From NCBI GenBank assembly GCA_963833725.1, contig CAWHYV010000014.1:16753-80752 (forward strand): a DNA stretch of 64,000 nucleotides, in the 5' to 3' direction. Both the position numbers and the translations under genes were made by a program. Source of the stretch: an uncultured Gaiellaceae bacterium. GTDB lineage: Bacteria > Actinomycetota > Thermoleophilia > Gaiellales > Gaiellaceae. Numbering within the stretch: position 1 is the first letter of the stretch; each line of letters starts with the position of its first letter. This document shows positions 32,210 to 42,060 of this stretch, one piece after another. Below the pieces are notes generated by a model that was given only the letters and a program-made list of their open reading frames with translations, was not told the DNA's origin and made no database searches.

Positions 32210-33565
32210 GGCGTCGGGAGCGACGGGACGCGCCCCTCGAGCTCTGCCAGTGTCGACGTCGAGTAGTCGCCGCTTCGGAACTCCGGCGACCGGAGGACGT
32301 CGAGCGCGAGATCGCGAGTGGTCGGGATGCCCTCGATCACAAGCTCCCGAAGCGCGCGCTCCGCTCGGACGATCGCGGTATCCCGCGTGTCGTCCCAGAC
32401 GATGAGCTTCGCGATCATCGAGTCGTAGTACGGCGCGATCTCGGACCCCGCGCGGACGGCGGTGTCGATGCGGACTCCCGGGCCGAGCGGTACGTCGAAC
32501 CGCGTGATCGTGCCCGGCGCGGGGAGAAAGGCGCGAGCGGGGTCCTCGGCGTTGATCCGAACCTCCAACGCGTGCCCACGCCTCGGTGCACGACCGCGCG
32601 TCGCGAGCTCCTCGCCCGCCGCGATGCGCACCTGCTCGCGGACGATGTCGATGCCCGTGACGAGCTCGGAGACGGGATGCTCGACCTGGAGACGGCAGTT
32701 CACCTCGATGAAGTAGAAGGCGCCGTCGGCGCCGACGAGGAACTCGAACGTGCCGGCATTGCGGTAGCCGATGGCGATGCACGCGCGCTCGACGGTCGCC
32801 TCCATCGCTTCTCGTGTCTCCGCGTCGAGCGCAACCGACGGCGACTCCTCCACGAGCTTCTGGTGGCGTCGCTGGATGGAGCACTCCCGCTCGCCGAGCG
32901 TCAGGACGCCGCCGGCCGCGTCGCAGAGCACCTGGATCTCGACGTGGCGCGCGGGTGAGACGAGCTTCTCGACGTACACCGCGCCGTCGCCGAATGCCGC
33001 CTCGGCCTCGGCGCTCGCAGCGGCGAACGCACCCTCGAGCTCGTCCTCGGCTTCCACGAGGCGCATGCCCTTCCCACCGCCGCCTGCCGCGGCCTTGAGC
33101 AAGACGGGGAAGCCGGCAGCGATAGCCGCGCGGCGGAGCTCGTCGTGCCCCGCGGAACCGTCGGACCCGGAGACGAGCGGGACACCGGCTGCACGCATCA
33201 CTTCCTTCGCGCGCACCTTGTCGCCCATCTGCTCGACGACGTCGGCGGAAGGACCGATGAAGACGAGGTTCGAGTCCTCGCACGCGCGTACGAATTCGGC
33301 GATTCTCGGCGAGGAATCCGTAGCCGGGGTGCACGGCGTCACAGCTCGTCGTCTCGGCCGCCGCGACGACGTTCGAGATGCTGAGGTAGCTCTCTGCGGC
33401 GGACGGCGGGCCGATGCACACGGCGTGGTCGGCGAGCTCGACGTGGAGCGCGTCACGATCGGCCGTCGAGTACACGGCGACCGTCTCGATTCCGAGCTCG
33501 CGGAGGGTGCGGATCACGCGCACGGCGATCTCGCCCCGGTTCGCGACGAGCACGCGGTCGAACAC
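32206..33565 (-). CDS. accC: Biotin carboxylase (one frame disruption)
   Basis: The N-terminal piece is [33 protein letters not shown]...[13 protein letters not shown] 32206..33456 then carries [17 protein letters not shown]...[16 protein letters not shown]...[16 protein letters not shown]. The junction is at about 33301. Confidence 0.92.
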
Positions 33566-33573
33566 GACTCGAC

Positions 33574-35379
33574 CTAGAGAACGGGCGCCGAGGGAACTGG
33601 TTCGAGCTCGAACAGGAGCTCGCCGTACTCGACCGCCTGCGCGTTCTCGGCGTGGATCTCCTTCACGACCCCGGCGGTCTCGGCCTTGAGCTCGTTGAAC
33701 AGCTTCATCGCCTCGAGAATGCAGAGCACCTGGCCCGGAACGACGGTGTCGCCCACATCCACGAACGACGGCGCCCCGGGATTCGGCGCGCGATAGAACA
33801 CGCCGACCATCGGTGACTCGATCCGCATCAAGCCGTCGGTGGAGGCAGTGCTCGGCTGTGCGTCGGACCCCGGATCCGCGGTCGGAGCGAGGGGCAGCGC
33901 GAGCACGGGGCCGGGCTCGTCGGCGCGGCGCACCGACACGCGCATGCCCTCGTCCTCGATCTCGATCTCCCCCACGCCCGACTCCTGCACGATCTTCACG
34001 AGCTCGCGAATCCGCTCACCGCGCTCGGCGTCGGCGTCCTCGGCAATGAGAACGGAGTCGCGCGAGTGACGGCCGCGGATGACCTTCAGGAGCTCCTCCG
34101 CGTCCGACCCGAACATGGCGATGAGGACGAGCTCTTCCTCGCTCGCGGCAAGCCCCTCGGCCTGCTCGCGCACGTCCTCCGTCGTCACCGGATCCTCGCT
34201 CAGCTGACCAGGTGGAGACAGAAGCTCGACCGCACGTTCGACCATCGGGTCGATCGTCTCCGGCGTCGTGCCGTACCCACCCTGGACCAGCTCGCGGAAC
34301 TCGTCGATCACGGAGCCGTACCGTCGCGCTTCGAGGACGTGCAGAAGCGCCTGAGAGGCGAGGATCTGCCCGATCGGCGCGGCGAGCGGAGGCCAGCCCG
34401 CCTCGGCTCGGACGCGTCCTACTTCCTCGAGCACCTCGAGGAGCCGGTCGGCGGCGGCATGCGCGCGGAGGTGCACGTCGAGAGCCGCGACGAGTCCCGC
34501 CGGAAGGTCGTATTCCGCCGCGCGAACCGCGATCCGCGGCGCGACGGGAGCGACCGGCTCGTCGCCGATCCACTCGTCGATGACATCGGCGGCTTCCCAG
34601 AGCTTCGCGACATCCAGTCCCGGCGCGTGACCGAGGCCCTGAAGGGACTCGGCAACGGACTCGCCCGAGACACGATGAAGGATGAGCGCGAGCGGGTAGA
34701 CCGCGGTCGCGATGAGGTCGGCGCCCGAGTCGACCGCGGCGAGTGCCGACGCGAGACCGATCCCTGCCGACCCCTGGACGTAGAAGCCGACGGGAAGCCC
34801 GCTCGCCTCCATGATGCGCCCGACGAGCTCCTGCGCCCGGTGTGGGACGAGAGCGCCGGTCGGATCGTTCACGAGCACGCGTGTGGCGCCGAGCTCGGGC
34901 AGCTTGCGCGCCTGCTCGACGAGCATGTCGGTCTCGTCGGTGCGGCCAGGGCTGTAGACGAGGCCGGCGTGGAACGCGCCGCCTGCGTTCGTGATCGCCG
35001 CGCCCGCCTCCCGAAGGTTCGAAACGTCGTTCAGTGGATCGTGGAGACGGAAGACGTCGATGCCGTTCTCCGCTGCGCACGAGACGAAGCGACCGACGAT
35101 GTCGCCCGAGACGGGACGCGAGCCGACGAGGAACCGGCCACGGAGCGCGATGCCGAGCGGGGTCGACACACGCCCCTTGATCGCGCGGATGCGCTCCCAC
35201 GGGCTCTCGACGCGGCGCCGAACAGTCGCGTCGAAGACGCCGCCGCCCGAGACCTCGAGACACGCGAACCCGGCTCCGTCGAGGATCTCCGCGACGCGCA
35301 GCACCTCCGCAGTCGGCAGCTTGCCCGCGAGAGGCTCCTGCGAGAGCAGCCGGATCGTGGTGTCGACGAGCTTCGGCAC
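33574..35379 (-). CDS. PycB/OadA-like carboxyltransferase-fold domain (active-site ligands substituted) fused to an AccB-type biotin carboxyl carrier domain
   Basis: 601 aa and intact. The N-terminal part reads [61 protein letters not shown] and [11 protein letters not shown]. The C-terminal part reads [45 protein letters not shown], which contains the biotinyl-Lys motif. It lies between efp and accC. Confidence 0.8.
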   Translation of the reverse strand: MPKLVDTTIRLLSQEPLAGKLPTAEVLRVAEILDGAGFACLEVSGGGVFDATVRRRVESPWERIRAIKGRVSTPLGIALRGRFLVGSRPVSGDIVGRFVSCAAENGIDVFRLHDPLNDVSNLREAGAAITNAGGAFHAGLVYSPGRTDETDMLVEQARKLPELGATRVLVNDPTGALVPHRAQELVGRIMEASGLPVGFYVQGSAGIGLASALAAVDSGADLIATAVYPLALILHRVSGESVAESLQGLGHAPGLDVAKLWEAADVIDEWIGDEPVAPVAPRIAVRAAEYDLPAGLVAALDVHLRAHAAADRLLEVLEEVGRVRAEAGWPPLAAPIGQILASQALLHVLEARRYGSVIDEFRELVQGGYGTTPETIDPMVERAVELLSPPGQLSEDPVTTEDVREQAEGLAASEEELVLIAMFGSDAEELLKVIRGRHSRDSVLIAEDADAERGERIRELVKIVQESGVGEIEIEDEGMRVSVRRADEPGPVLALPLAPTADPGSDAQPSTASTDGLMRIESPMVGVFYRAPNPGAPSFVDVGDTVVPGQVLCILEAMKLFNELKAETAGVVKEIHAENAQAVEYGELLFELEPVPSAPVL

Positions 35380-35415
35380 GGGTGGGACCTTAGCGAGGCG
35401 CCGGTGCGGCCGAGG

Positions 35416-35982
35416 TCAGGCTCTGCTGATGTAGCGGCCCTCGCGCGGATCGACCTTGATGCGCTCGCCGGTGTCGACGAAGAGCGGCACCTGGACGACG
35501 GCGCCGGTCTCGAGGGTCGCCGGCTTCGTCACGTTCGTGACCGTGTCGCCGCGTACCGCAGGCTCGGTCTCGGTGACGGTCAGCTCGACCGAGGCCGGGA
35601 GCTGGATACCGGCAGGCTTGCCGTCGACGGCGAGCATCTGCACCGAGCTCGACGGCGGAAGGTACGCGAGCGCCTCCTCGACGTCCGTGCGAGGCAGGCC
35701 GAACTGCTCGTAGCTCACCTCGTCCATGAAGTGGGCCTCGTTGCCGTCGTCGTAGAGGAACTGGAGGTTCTTCACCTCCGTGTGGACGCGCGCAAACTTC
35801 TCGCCGGCGCGGAACGTGCGATCGACGACGGAGCCCGAATCGATGGACTTGAGCTTCGTCCGGACGAACGCACCGCCCTTGCCGGGCTTCACGTGCTGGA
35901 ACTCGACGATGCGCCAGACGCCACCGTCGATCTCGATGTGCATCCCATTGCGGAACTGATTCGTGGAGACGGTCTCGGCCAT
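35416..35982 (-). CDS. efp: Elongation factor P
   Basis: 188 aa taken from the C-terminal part of ORF 35416..36597. It reads MAETVSTNQFRNGMHIEIDGGVWRIVEFQHVKPGKGGAFVRTKLK. Confidence 0.95.
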   Translation of the reverse strand: MAETVSTNQFRNGMHIEIDGGVWRIVEFQHVKPGKGGAFVRTKLKSIDSGSVVDRTFRAGEKFARVHTEVKNLQFLYDDGNEAHFMDEVSYEQFGLPRTDVEEALAYLPPSSSVQMLAVDGKPAGIQLPASVELTVTETEPAVRGDTVTNVTKPATLETGAVVQVPLFVDTGERIKVDPREGRYISRA

Positions 35983-36020
35983 GACCGCGGGGATTGTACG
36001 GCGAGACCCAGCTCGCGTCC

Positions 36021-37085
36021 CTATGCGACCGTCACGAGCTCCTTCGTGAAGTGCGTGAGTCGCTCGCAGCCGTCCTCCGTCACGACGACGAGATCCTCGA
36101 TCCGGACGCCGGCGCCCTCGTCCGGCAGGTAGATCCCCGGCTCGACGGAGACGACGTTTCCCGTCTCGAGCACGTCCGTACTCTCGGGTCGAAGTGTCGG
36201 GGCCTCGTGGATCTGGAGTCCCACGCCGTGCCCCATGCCGTGGCCGTAGGCCCAGCCGAGGCCCTGCGCTTCGATGAGCGTTCGCGACGCGCCGTCCGCA
36301 TCGCGTCCGTGCACGCCGGGAGCCACCGCAGCGAGGCCCGCGAGTTGCGCCTCGAGGCAGAGCGTGTAGAGCTCCGCGAGCCGATCGGAGATGTCTCCGA
36401 CCGCGAACGTCCGCGTGCAGTCCGAGCAGTAGCCGTCGACGACGCAGCCCGCGTCGACGACGACGAGGACGCCGGGCTCGATCGGCGTGTCGCCGGGGAC
36501 CGCGTGGGGCGATGCGGCCGTGGGGCCGGCGCCGACGACCGCCTCGAAGGAGAGACCGCCTGCGCCACCTTCGCGGAAGCTCCGCTCGATCCACCACGCG
36601 AGCTCACGCTCGGTCCGCCCGCTGAACCTCTCCTGCGCGAGTGCCGCGAAGACCTCGTCCGACAGCGAGCTCGCGCGGCGCATGCTCGCAAGCTCGTCGT
36701 CGTCCTTGACCGCGCGGAGCCCTTCGACGAGACCGCTCGCGGGAACGACCTCGACGCCCGCCTCGGCAAGCGCGCGATACAGCGCATGCGGGAGGTGCTG
36801 TTCCTCGAAGCCGATCCGCCTGCCGGACAGCGCCTCCCCGACGGCAGGGATGAGGCCGCGTGGCGTCTCGACGACCTCGATGCCCGGGAGCGCCCGAGCG
36901 CGATTCGCGTAGCGGAAGTCCGTGAAGAGCGTGGCTGCCCCACTCGGCTCGACGAGCACCGCAGCGTTCGAGCTCTGGAGGCCGGTGAGGTAGCGAACGT
37001 TCGCCTGTCCACCGAGGACGTACGGCGGCCCGGCGACGAGCAGCGGCTCCTCGAGCAGCGCGGCAAGTCGCGCGATTCGCGTCAC
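36021..37085 (-). CDS. M24 family Xaa-Pro aminopeptidase
   Basis: GTG at 37085 overlaps the aroQ stop (GTGA). It reads [36 protein letters not shown] and [10 protein letters not shown]...GVRIEDLV. Confidence 0.85.
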   Translation of the reverse strand: MTRIARLAALLEEPLLVAGPPYVLGGQANVRYLTGLQSSNAAVLVEPSGAATLFTDFRYANRARALPGIEVVETPRGLIPAVGEALSGRRIGFEEQHLPHALYRALAEAGVEVVPASGLVEGLRAVKDDDELASMRRASSLSDEVFAALAQERFSGRTERELAWWIERSFREGGAGGLSFEAVVGAGPTAASPHAVPGDTPIEPGVLVVVDAGCVVDGYCSDCTRTFAVGDISDRLAELYTLCLEAQLAGLAAVAPGVHGRDADGASRTLIEAQGLGWAYGHGMGHGVGLQIHEAPTLRPESTDVLETGNVVSVEPGIYLPDEGAGVRIEDLVVVTEDGCERLTHFTKELVTVA

Positions 37086-37513
37086 GCTCGCCCCCCGACG
37101 ATGAACTCGATCGCCTCCCGGTAGCCGTCGGGACCCTTCCCGACGACGCGGGCGGCAACGACGCCTTCGAGGACGGAAAATCGCCGCCACTCCTCGCGCT
37201 CGTCGACGTTGGAGAGATGCACCTCGACGACCGGAACCGTGAACAGCTCGAGTGCGTCGTGTATCGCCCAGGAGTAGTGCGACCACGCCCCGGGATTGAC
37301 GATGACGCCGTCAGCCCACTCGTAGGCCTCGTGGCACCAGTCGATGAACTCGCCCTCGTGGTTCGTCTGCCGACAGCGCACGGTGCACTCGAACTCGAGC
37401 GCCCACTGGTAGATCCGCGTCTCGAGCTCGGACAGCCCGAGACCGCCGTAGAGCTCGGGGTCGCGGCTTCCGAGCATGTCCAGATTGGCCCCGTTCAGGA
37501 CGACGATCCGCAC
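37082..37513 (-). CDS. aroQ: Type II 3-dehydroquinate dehydratase
   Basis: 143 aa. It reads MRIVVLNGANLDMLGSRDPELYG, QTNHEGEFIDW, IVNPGAWSHYSWAI and EVHLSNV. Confidence 0.92.
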   Translation of the reverse strand: MRIVVLNGANLDMLGSRDPELYGGLGLSELETRIYQWALEFECTVRCRQTNHEGEFIDWCHEAYEWADGVIVNPGAWSHYSWAIHDALELFTVPVVEVHLSNVDEREEWRRFSVLEGVVAARVVGKGPDGYREAIEFIVGGRA

Positions 37514-37522
37514 GCGCTGACC

Positions 37523-38896
37523 CTATGCGATGAGCGCGTCGAGGGCTGCGCGGACGAGATCCGGCTCGACCTCGGAGGTCACGCGAGGGCGTCCCGGGGC
37601 ATCGAGCACGACGAGGTGGATCTCGCCGCGGCGCGCCTTCTTGTCGCGCTGCAGCGCTGCCCAGGCCGCGTCACGATCGACCTGGGCGGGCTCCGGAGCG
37701 AGCACGTCCTCGACGGTCTGCACCTCCTCCTCGAGCCCCGAGAGCCGCAGCGCAGCGAGGAGGCCGAGTGCGACCGCGCGGCCGTGCGGAACGGCGAACC
37801 CGGATGCAGCCTCGAGCGCGTGCGCGAACGTGTGGCCGAGGTTGAGCCAGGCCCGGTCGCCCTGCTCGTAGGGGTCGCGAATGCAGACCGCCGCCTTGAA
37901 GGCAGCACAGCGGCGCACCTGGGCCACCGTATCGAGCTCCCAGAGCGGCTCGCCGGCGAGGAGTCCCGTCTTCACGACCTCGGCGAGGCCGTTACGACGC
38001 TCCTCCGCGGGCAACGTGTCCAGGAGCGCCGTATCGATCACGGTCTCCGCTGGCCAGTGGAACGCGCCGACGAGGTTCTTCCCCTCCGGGAGGTCGACAC
38101 CCACCTTGCCGCCGATCGCGGCATCGACCTGGCCAACGAGCGTCGACGGGACCGCGACCCAGTCGATCCCGCGCATGTAGCTGGCGGCCACGAATCCCGC
38201 GAGGTCGGTGGTCGATCCTCCTCCCACCGCGACGAGCGTCGACGATCGCTCGAGCGTGAGCGCACGCCACAAGCGCTCGGCTTCGGCAACCGTCTTCGCG
38301 GACTCGCCGGGCGGGACGAGCTGCGTCGCGTCGATCGAATGGAGTTCCGCGACCCGAGCGTCCGCCACGACCGCGTCACCGTGCGCCTCTCGGTGGGGCG
38401 CAAGGCGGATGCCGGCCGCCGCGAGCACGATGCCGTCGAGGTCGTGTGCGCTCGCGTCGGCCGCGGCGTACTGCGGACGACGCTCGTCGTACAGCGCGCG
38501 GAACGCGTCGAGATCCCGTGCGAGCGGCCGCCCGCTGCCCGCGACACGCTTCCACGCGTCCTCCGGCGTGACCTCGAGATGAACGGTGAAGGCGTGTTGC
38601 CCGAGTGCCGCGCGCGTGCTGGCCGAGCCCAGCGCCCCTCCGCCCAGCTCGACAACGGCCGGCGAGCGGAGCGCGAGCGTCGCGACCGCGACCTCCTCCT
38701 CCAGCGCGCGAAACGCGCTTTCCCCGCGAGACTCGAAGAGCTCGGCGATCGTGACGCCGGTCCTGGCCTCGACGAGATCGTCGACGGAGACGAACGGCCG
38801 GCCGAGGCGCGCGGCCAGCTGCGGGCCGAGCGTCGACTTGCCCGCGCCCATGAAGCCGACGAGGGCGAGATGGCGCCCTAGGGCGTTTGCGGCCAC
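37523..38896 (-). CDS. Bifunctional shikimate kinase / 3-dehydroquinate synthase (AroK-AroB fusion)
   Basis: 457 aa and intact. The N-terminal P-loop is LALVGFMGAGKSTLG. The C-terminal AroB motifs are LVAVGGGSTTDLAGFVAASYMRGIDWVAVPSTLVGQVDAAIGGKVGV, KNLVGAFHWP and LNLGHTFAHALE. Confidence 0.85.
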   Translation of the reverse strand: MAANALGRHLALVGFMGAGKSTLGPQLAARLGRPFVSVDDLVEARTGVTIAELFESRGESAFRALEEEVAVATLALRSPAVVELGGGALGSASTRAALGQHAFTVHLEVTPEDAWKRVAGSGRPLARDLDAFRALYDERRPQYAAADASAHDLDGIVLAAAGIRLAPHREAHGDAVVADARVAELHSIDATQLVPPGESAKTVAEAERLWRALTLERSSTLVAVGGGSTTDLAGFVAASYMRGIDWVAVPSTLVGQVDAAIGGKVGVDLPEGKNLVGAFHWPAETVIDTALLDTLPAEERRNGLAEVVKTGLLAGEPLWELDTVAQVRRCAAFKAAVCIRDPYEQGDRAWLNLGHTFAHALEAASGFAVPHGRAVALGLLAALRLSGLEEEVQTVEDVLAPEPAQVDRDAAWAALQRDKKARRGEIHLVVLDAPGRPRVTSEVEPDLVRAALDALIA

Positions 38897-39972
38897 GCGA
38901 TCCGCTCGAGGTACGCCGCGTGCGCCTGCACGAAGTCGGCGATCGCGTCACCGCCGAACTTCTCCCGCGCGGCCCGGGCGAGCTCCCACGCCACCGCTCC
39001 CTCGGCGACGACGGCCAGCGCTTCGACGGCTTGTACGTCGCTCCGCTCGACGAGCGCCTCACCCGGCTCGCCCGTCGCCAGATCGACGGATCGGAGGGGC
39101 CGCATCAGCGTCGGCAGCGGCTTCATACCGGCGCGGACGACCACGTCCTCCCCGTTCGTCACGCCTCCCTCGATGCCGCCCGCGCGGTTCGTCGCGCGGC
39201 GGCGGTCGGGCTCGATCTCGTCGTGCGCCTCTGAGCCCCGGAGGCGTGAGAGCGCGAAGCCGTCTCCGATCTCGACCCCTTTCACGGCCTGGATCCCCAT
39301 GAGGGCGGCCGCGAGACGGGCGTCGAGGCGGTCGGCCTTGTCCGCGTACGAGCCCAGACCTGGCGGGACGCCCGTCGCTACCACCTCGACGATCCCACCG
39401 AGCGTGTCTCGCTCGGCGCGTGCGGCATCGGTCGCCTCCTTCCAGCCGGACTCCGACTCCGCGCCGCCGATCTCCGTGGCTCGTCCGGCGACAGCGACAC
39501 CGATCTCGGCGAGAAGCGCCTTCGCCACCGTGCCGGCGGCGACGTGGACCGCCGTCTGTCGTGCGCTGGCGCGCTCCAGCGCGTTCCTCACATCGTCGTG
39601 CCCGTACTTGAGCGCGCCGGCGAGATCGGCGTGACCGGGCCGTGGCAGCGTCACCGGCGACGTTCCCTTTCCCGACGGGTCGTCCGCCGGCAGCCACGGG
39701 TTCATCCCCCACTCCCAGTTCGCATGGTCGCGGTTGGGGATGAGCAGGGCGAGTGGCGTCCCGAGCGTCGCGCCGTGACGGAGGCCGGCGAGGATCTCGA
39801 ACTCGTCCTCCTCGAACGACTGCCGCGGGCTCCGCCCGTAGCCTTGCCTGCGCCGGCGGAGATCGGCAGCGATGGCATCGCGCTCGAGCCGGAGTCCCGC
39901 GGGCACTCCACCGACGATCGCGACGAGCGCCGGCCCGTGCGACTCGCCCGCCGTCGTGAGCGTCAACGTCAC
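38878..39972 (-). CDS. aroC: Chorismate synthase
   Basis: 364 codons from GTG 39972. It reads VTLTLTTAGESHGPALVAIVGGVPAGL, RPGHADLAG and GGIEGGVTNGEDVV. The GTG overlaps the aroE stop found in the other frame (GTGA). Confidence 0.9.
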   Translation of the reverse strand: MTLTLTTAGESHGPALVAIVGGVPAGLRLERDAIAADLRRRRQGYGRSPRQSFEEDEFEILAGLRHGATLGTPLALLIPNRDHANWEWGMNPWLPADDPSGKGTSPVTLPRPGHADLAGALKYGHDDVRNALERASARQTAVHVAAGTVAKALLAEIGVAVAGRATEIGGAESESGWKEATDAARAERDTLGGIVEVVATGVPPGLGSYADKADRLDARLAAALMGIQAVKGVEIGDGFALSRLRGSEAHDEIEPDRRRATNRAGGIEGGVTNGEDVVVRAGMKPLPTLMRPLRSVDLATGEPGEALVERSDVQAVEALAVVAEGAVAWELARAAREKFGGDAIADFVQAHAAYLERIAWPQTP

Positions 39973-40659
39973 GTCGGCAAGCCTACGGCGTCCTTCATGA
40001 CCTCGACCGGCGCTCGCATCCCGGTCCAGAGCTCGAAGGACGCGATCCCCTGCGCCGCCGAGAACCTCGAGCCCCGTGACGACTGTCGCGCCCCGCCGGC
40101 GTGCAGCTGCTGCGGTGGCCGTCTCGGGGTAGGGAAGATCGACGAGCGTCTGTCCGGCGTACAACTCGACGACGACGTCGTCTCGCTCCGATGTGGCATT
40201 GACGACGAGGTCGGCATCCGAAACGTCGGGCGGCCAGTCTCCGCGACGCGAGAACTGCCGCGCGTGTGGGAGCGCGTGGAGGAACGCCGTCGCCGTGCCG
40301 CCGTCGCCGACGATCACGGGCTGCGCCGCCGGCAGACCGTCGAGGATCGCGGCGTCGGTGCTGCAGCCCTCGATCCGTGCGTCACGGACGACGAGCGTGT
40401 TCACCGACGGTGCGGCCGTCTCGCAGAGCGCGGTCACCGCCCGCTTGTGTGGTGTCGTGACGTTCGCCCCTGCGAATCCGAGCGCAGCCAGACCGCGCAC
40501 GGCATCCTCGAGTCGGTCGGGCGCCGTCGGGAGTGCGACGTACGCCCAATCGAGCCCGAGCGCTGCGAACGCAGCGTTGTGCATGCGCGGTGAGAGCGAG
40601 TGAGCGACCGGCCATCCGAGGATGCCGACGAGCCTCGTCGATGCGCTGAGCGCGGTCAT
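39969..40659 (-). CDS. aroE: Shikimate dehydrogenase (one frame disruption near the 3' end)
   Basis: The main piece is MTALSASTRLVGILGWPVAHSLSPRMHNAAF...GANVTTPHK...TDAAIL. The true C-terminus AAQGIASFELWTGMRAPVEVMKDAVGLPT plus stop lies in ORF 39969..40217. An extra base at about 40058 makes the track show a false 593-aa AroE-AroC fusion. Confidence 0.8.
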
Positions 40660-40679
40660 CGGCTCGCAGTATCGCCCGT

Positions 40680-40723
40680 CTCGCCAACCACCCCCAGGGG
40701 ATCCCCGAGACCCCTGTGGTCAG
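40680..40723. repeat. Copy 1 of a 44-nt intergenic hairpin element
   Basis: The sequence is ctcgccaaccacccccaggggatccccgagacccctgtggtcag, which matches 47155..47198 at 38 of 44 positions. It contains CAGGGG-N10-CCCCTG and the GGGGATCCCC palindrome. It lies between the mltG stop and the aroE start. Confidence 0.7.
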
Positions 40724-40848
40724 CGTAGCCCGGAAATCCGCACGCGTGGGCCACGACTCCGTGACGAGTGCGTCACAGCCGTCGGGCGATCGACCGGTCG
40801 AGAGGTCGTACACATGCCGCTGAGGACGGGATCCCGGCGCTCGCGCGC

Positions 40849-41680
40849 TCAGCACCCGCCGAAGCCGTACTCGAGCGACTTCTGACAGAACTCGGCCTCG
40901 CTCGCGGTGAAGAAGTGCCGATTGCTCTCACCCTTGCGAACGAAGTACAGGTAGTCGACCCGGGCCGGATTGGCAGCCGCACGCATCGAGGCCAGACCCG
41001 GGTTCGCGATCGGCGTCGGCGGAAGACCGAGCCGGCGCCGCGTGTTGAAGGGGTCGTCGCTGTCGAGATCGGACTGGCGGAGCGGCTCCGTCCCGGGGAC
41101 GTTGCGGCCGTATCGGATCGTCGCGTCGATCCCGAGCGGCATGCCGGCGCGCAGCCGGTTGTAGATGACCGCTGCGACGAGCCGGCGCTCGGCAGGCACG
41201 ACGGTCTCCTTCTCGATCATCGACGCGATGATGAGGACGTCGTACGGCGTGAGGTTCTTCGACCGCGCGTAACGCATGTCGACCTTCCGCCAGTTGCGCC
41301 TGAAGGCGCGCAGCTGGTCACGAACGAGCCTGGCGGACGGGGTGAGCTTCGTGAACTCGTAGGTCGCCGGGAAACAGGAAGCCCTCGATCGAGCTCAGCT
41401 GCCAGTCCTTTCTGAACTCCGCCGGCGGCACGGCCGCGCCGCTCGCCTCCAGGTACCCCGTCTTCGTCAGGCGCGGCGTGACGCCGCGCTTCTCGATCGC
41501 GATCTCACGTACGGCAGCAACTCGATCGGCCATCTCGCGGCGGGTGAACCCCTCCGGGAAGATGATCCGGAGCCGTGCGAGCGGCGGAGCGGTCTCGGCC
41601 GGTGGGGGCGCCGACTCCTCGCCCATGCAGCCGGCGAGCGCGAGCGCAACGAGTGCGAGTGCGACGCCGCGGATCCTCAT
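40849..41680 (-). CDS. mltG: Endolytic murein transglycosylase MltG/YceG (one frame disruption)
   Basis: ORF 41318..41680 carries the lipoprotein-like signal ...LALAGC and ...SIEGFLFP. ORF 40849..41277, extended upstream in its frame, carries ATYEFTKL...ASMIEKET...YNRL...LGIDATIRY...NTRRRLGLPPTPIANPG. An extra G at about 41368 separates them. Confidence 0.85.
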
Positions 41681-42055
41681 CGATCGACGCTCTGGAGATA
41701 GCTCTCGAGGAGATGCGCCGCCGCTCGCGCATCCTCCGGCGAACTTCCGCCGTCACGCGCGGCGAGCGACGTCGTGAACCGCTCGTCGTACGTCTCGATC
41801 GGGAGCTCGACCGCGCCGCGCAGCGACTCGACGAACGCCTCCGTCTCGACGGCCTGCGCGCCGTCTCTCGCCACGCAACGTGAGCGGCATGCCGACGACG
41901 ATCCGGTCAGGGCCGTGCTCGGTGGCGAGCGATCGCAGCTCGGCGAGCCCGGTTTCGGTCGCCGCGCGCAGAACGACGCCGACCGGGCGGGCGATCGTGC
42001 CGGTCGCGTCGGAGACCGCCACGCCTGTCCGCGCGGCGCCGTAGTCCAACGCCAT
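41677..42055 (-). CDS. ruvX: Holliday junction resolvase-like RuvX/YqgF (one frame disruption)
   Basis: The first piece is MALDYGAARTGVAVSD...RIVVGMPLTLRGE. ORF 41677..41874 then carries DGAQAVETEAFVESL...ETYDERFTT. The junction is at about 41866. Confidence 0.8.
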
Positions 42056-42060
42056 GATCT

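Noticed and set aside
32206-35379. accC plus ORF 33574-35379 could be called a two-subunit (PycA/PycB) pyruvate carboxylase.
   Set aside because: The CT-like domain lacks the Asp, carbamyl-Lys and both His ligands (RLLSQE, NDPTG, YVQGS), so pyruvate carboxyltransferase activity is unlikely. The biotin domain is of the AccB type.
38878-40659. A 593-aa ORF appears to fuse shikimate dehydrogenase with chorismate synthase.
   Set aside because: The native AroE C-terminus and stop exist in another frame, and that stop overlaps the aroC GTG. A single extra base at about 40058 produces the read-through.
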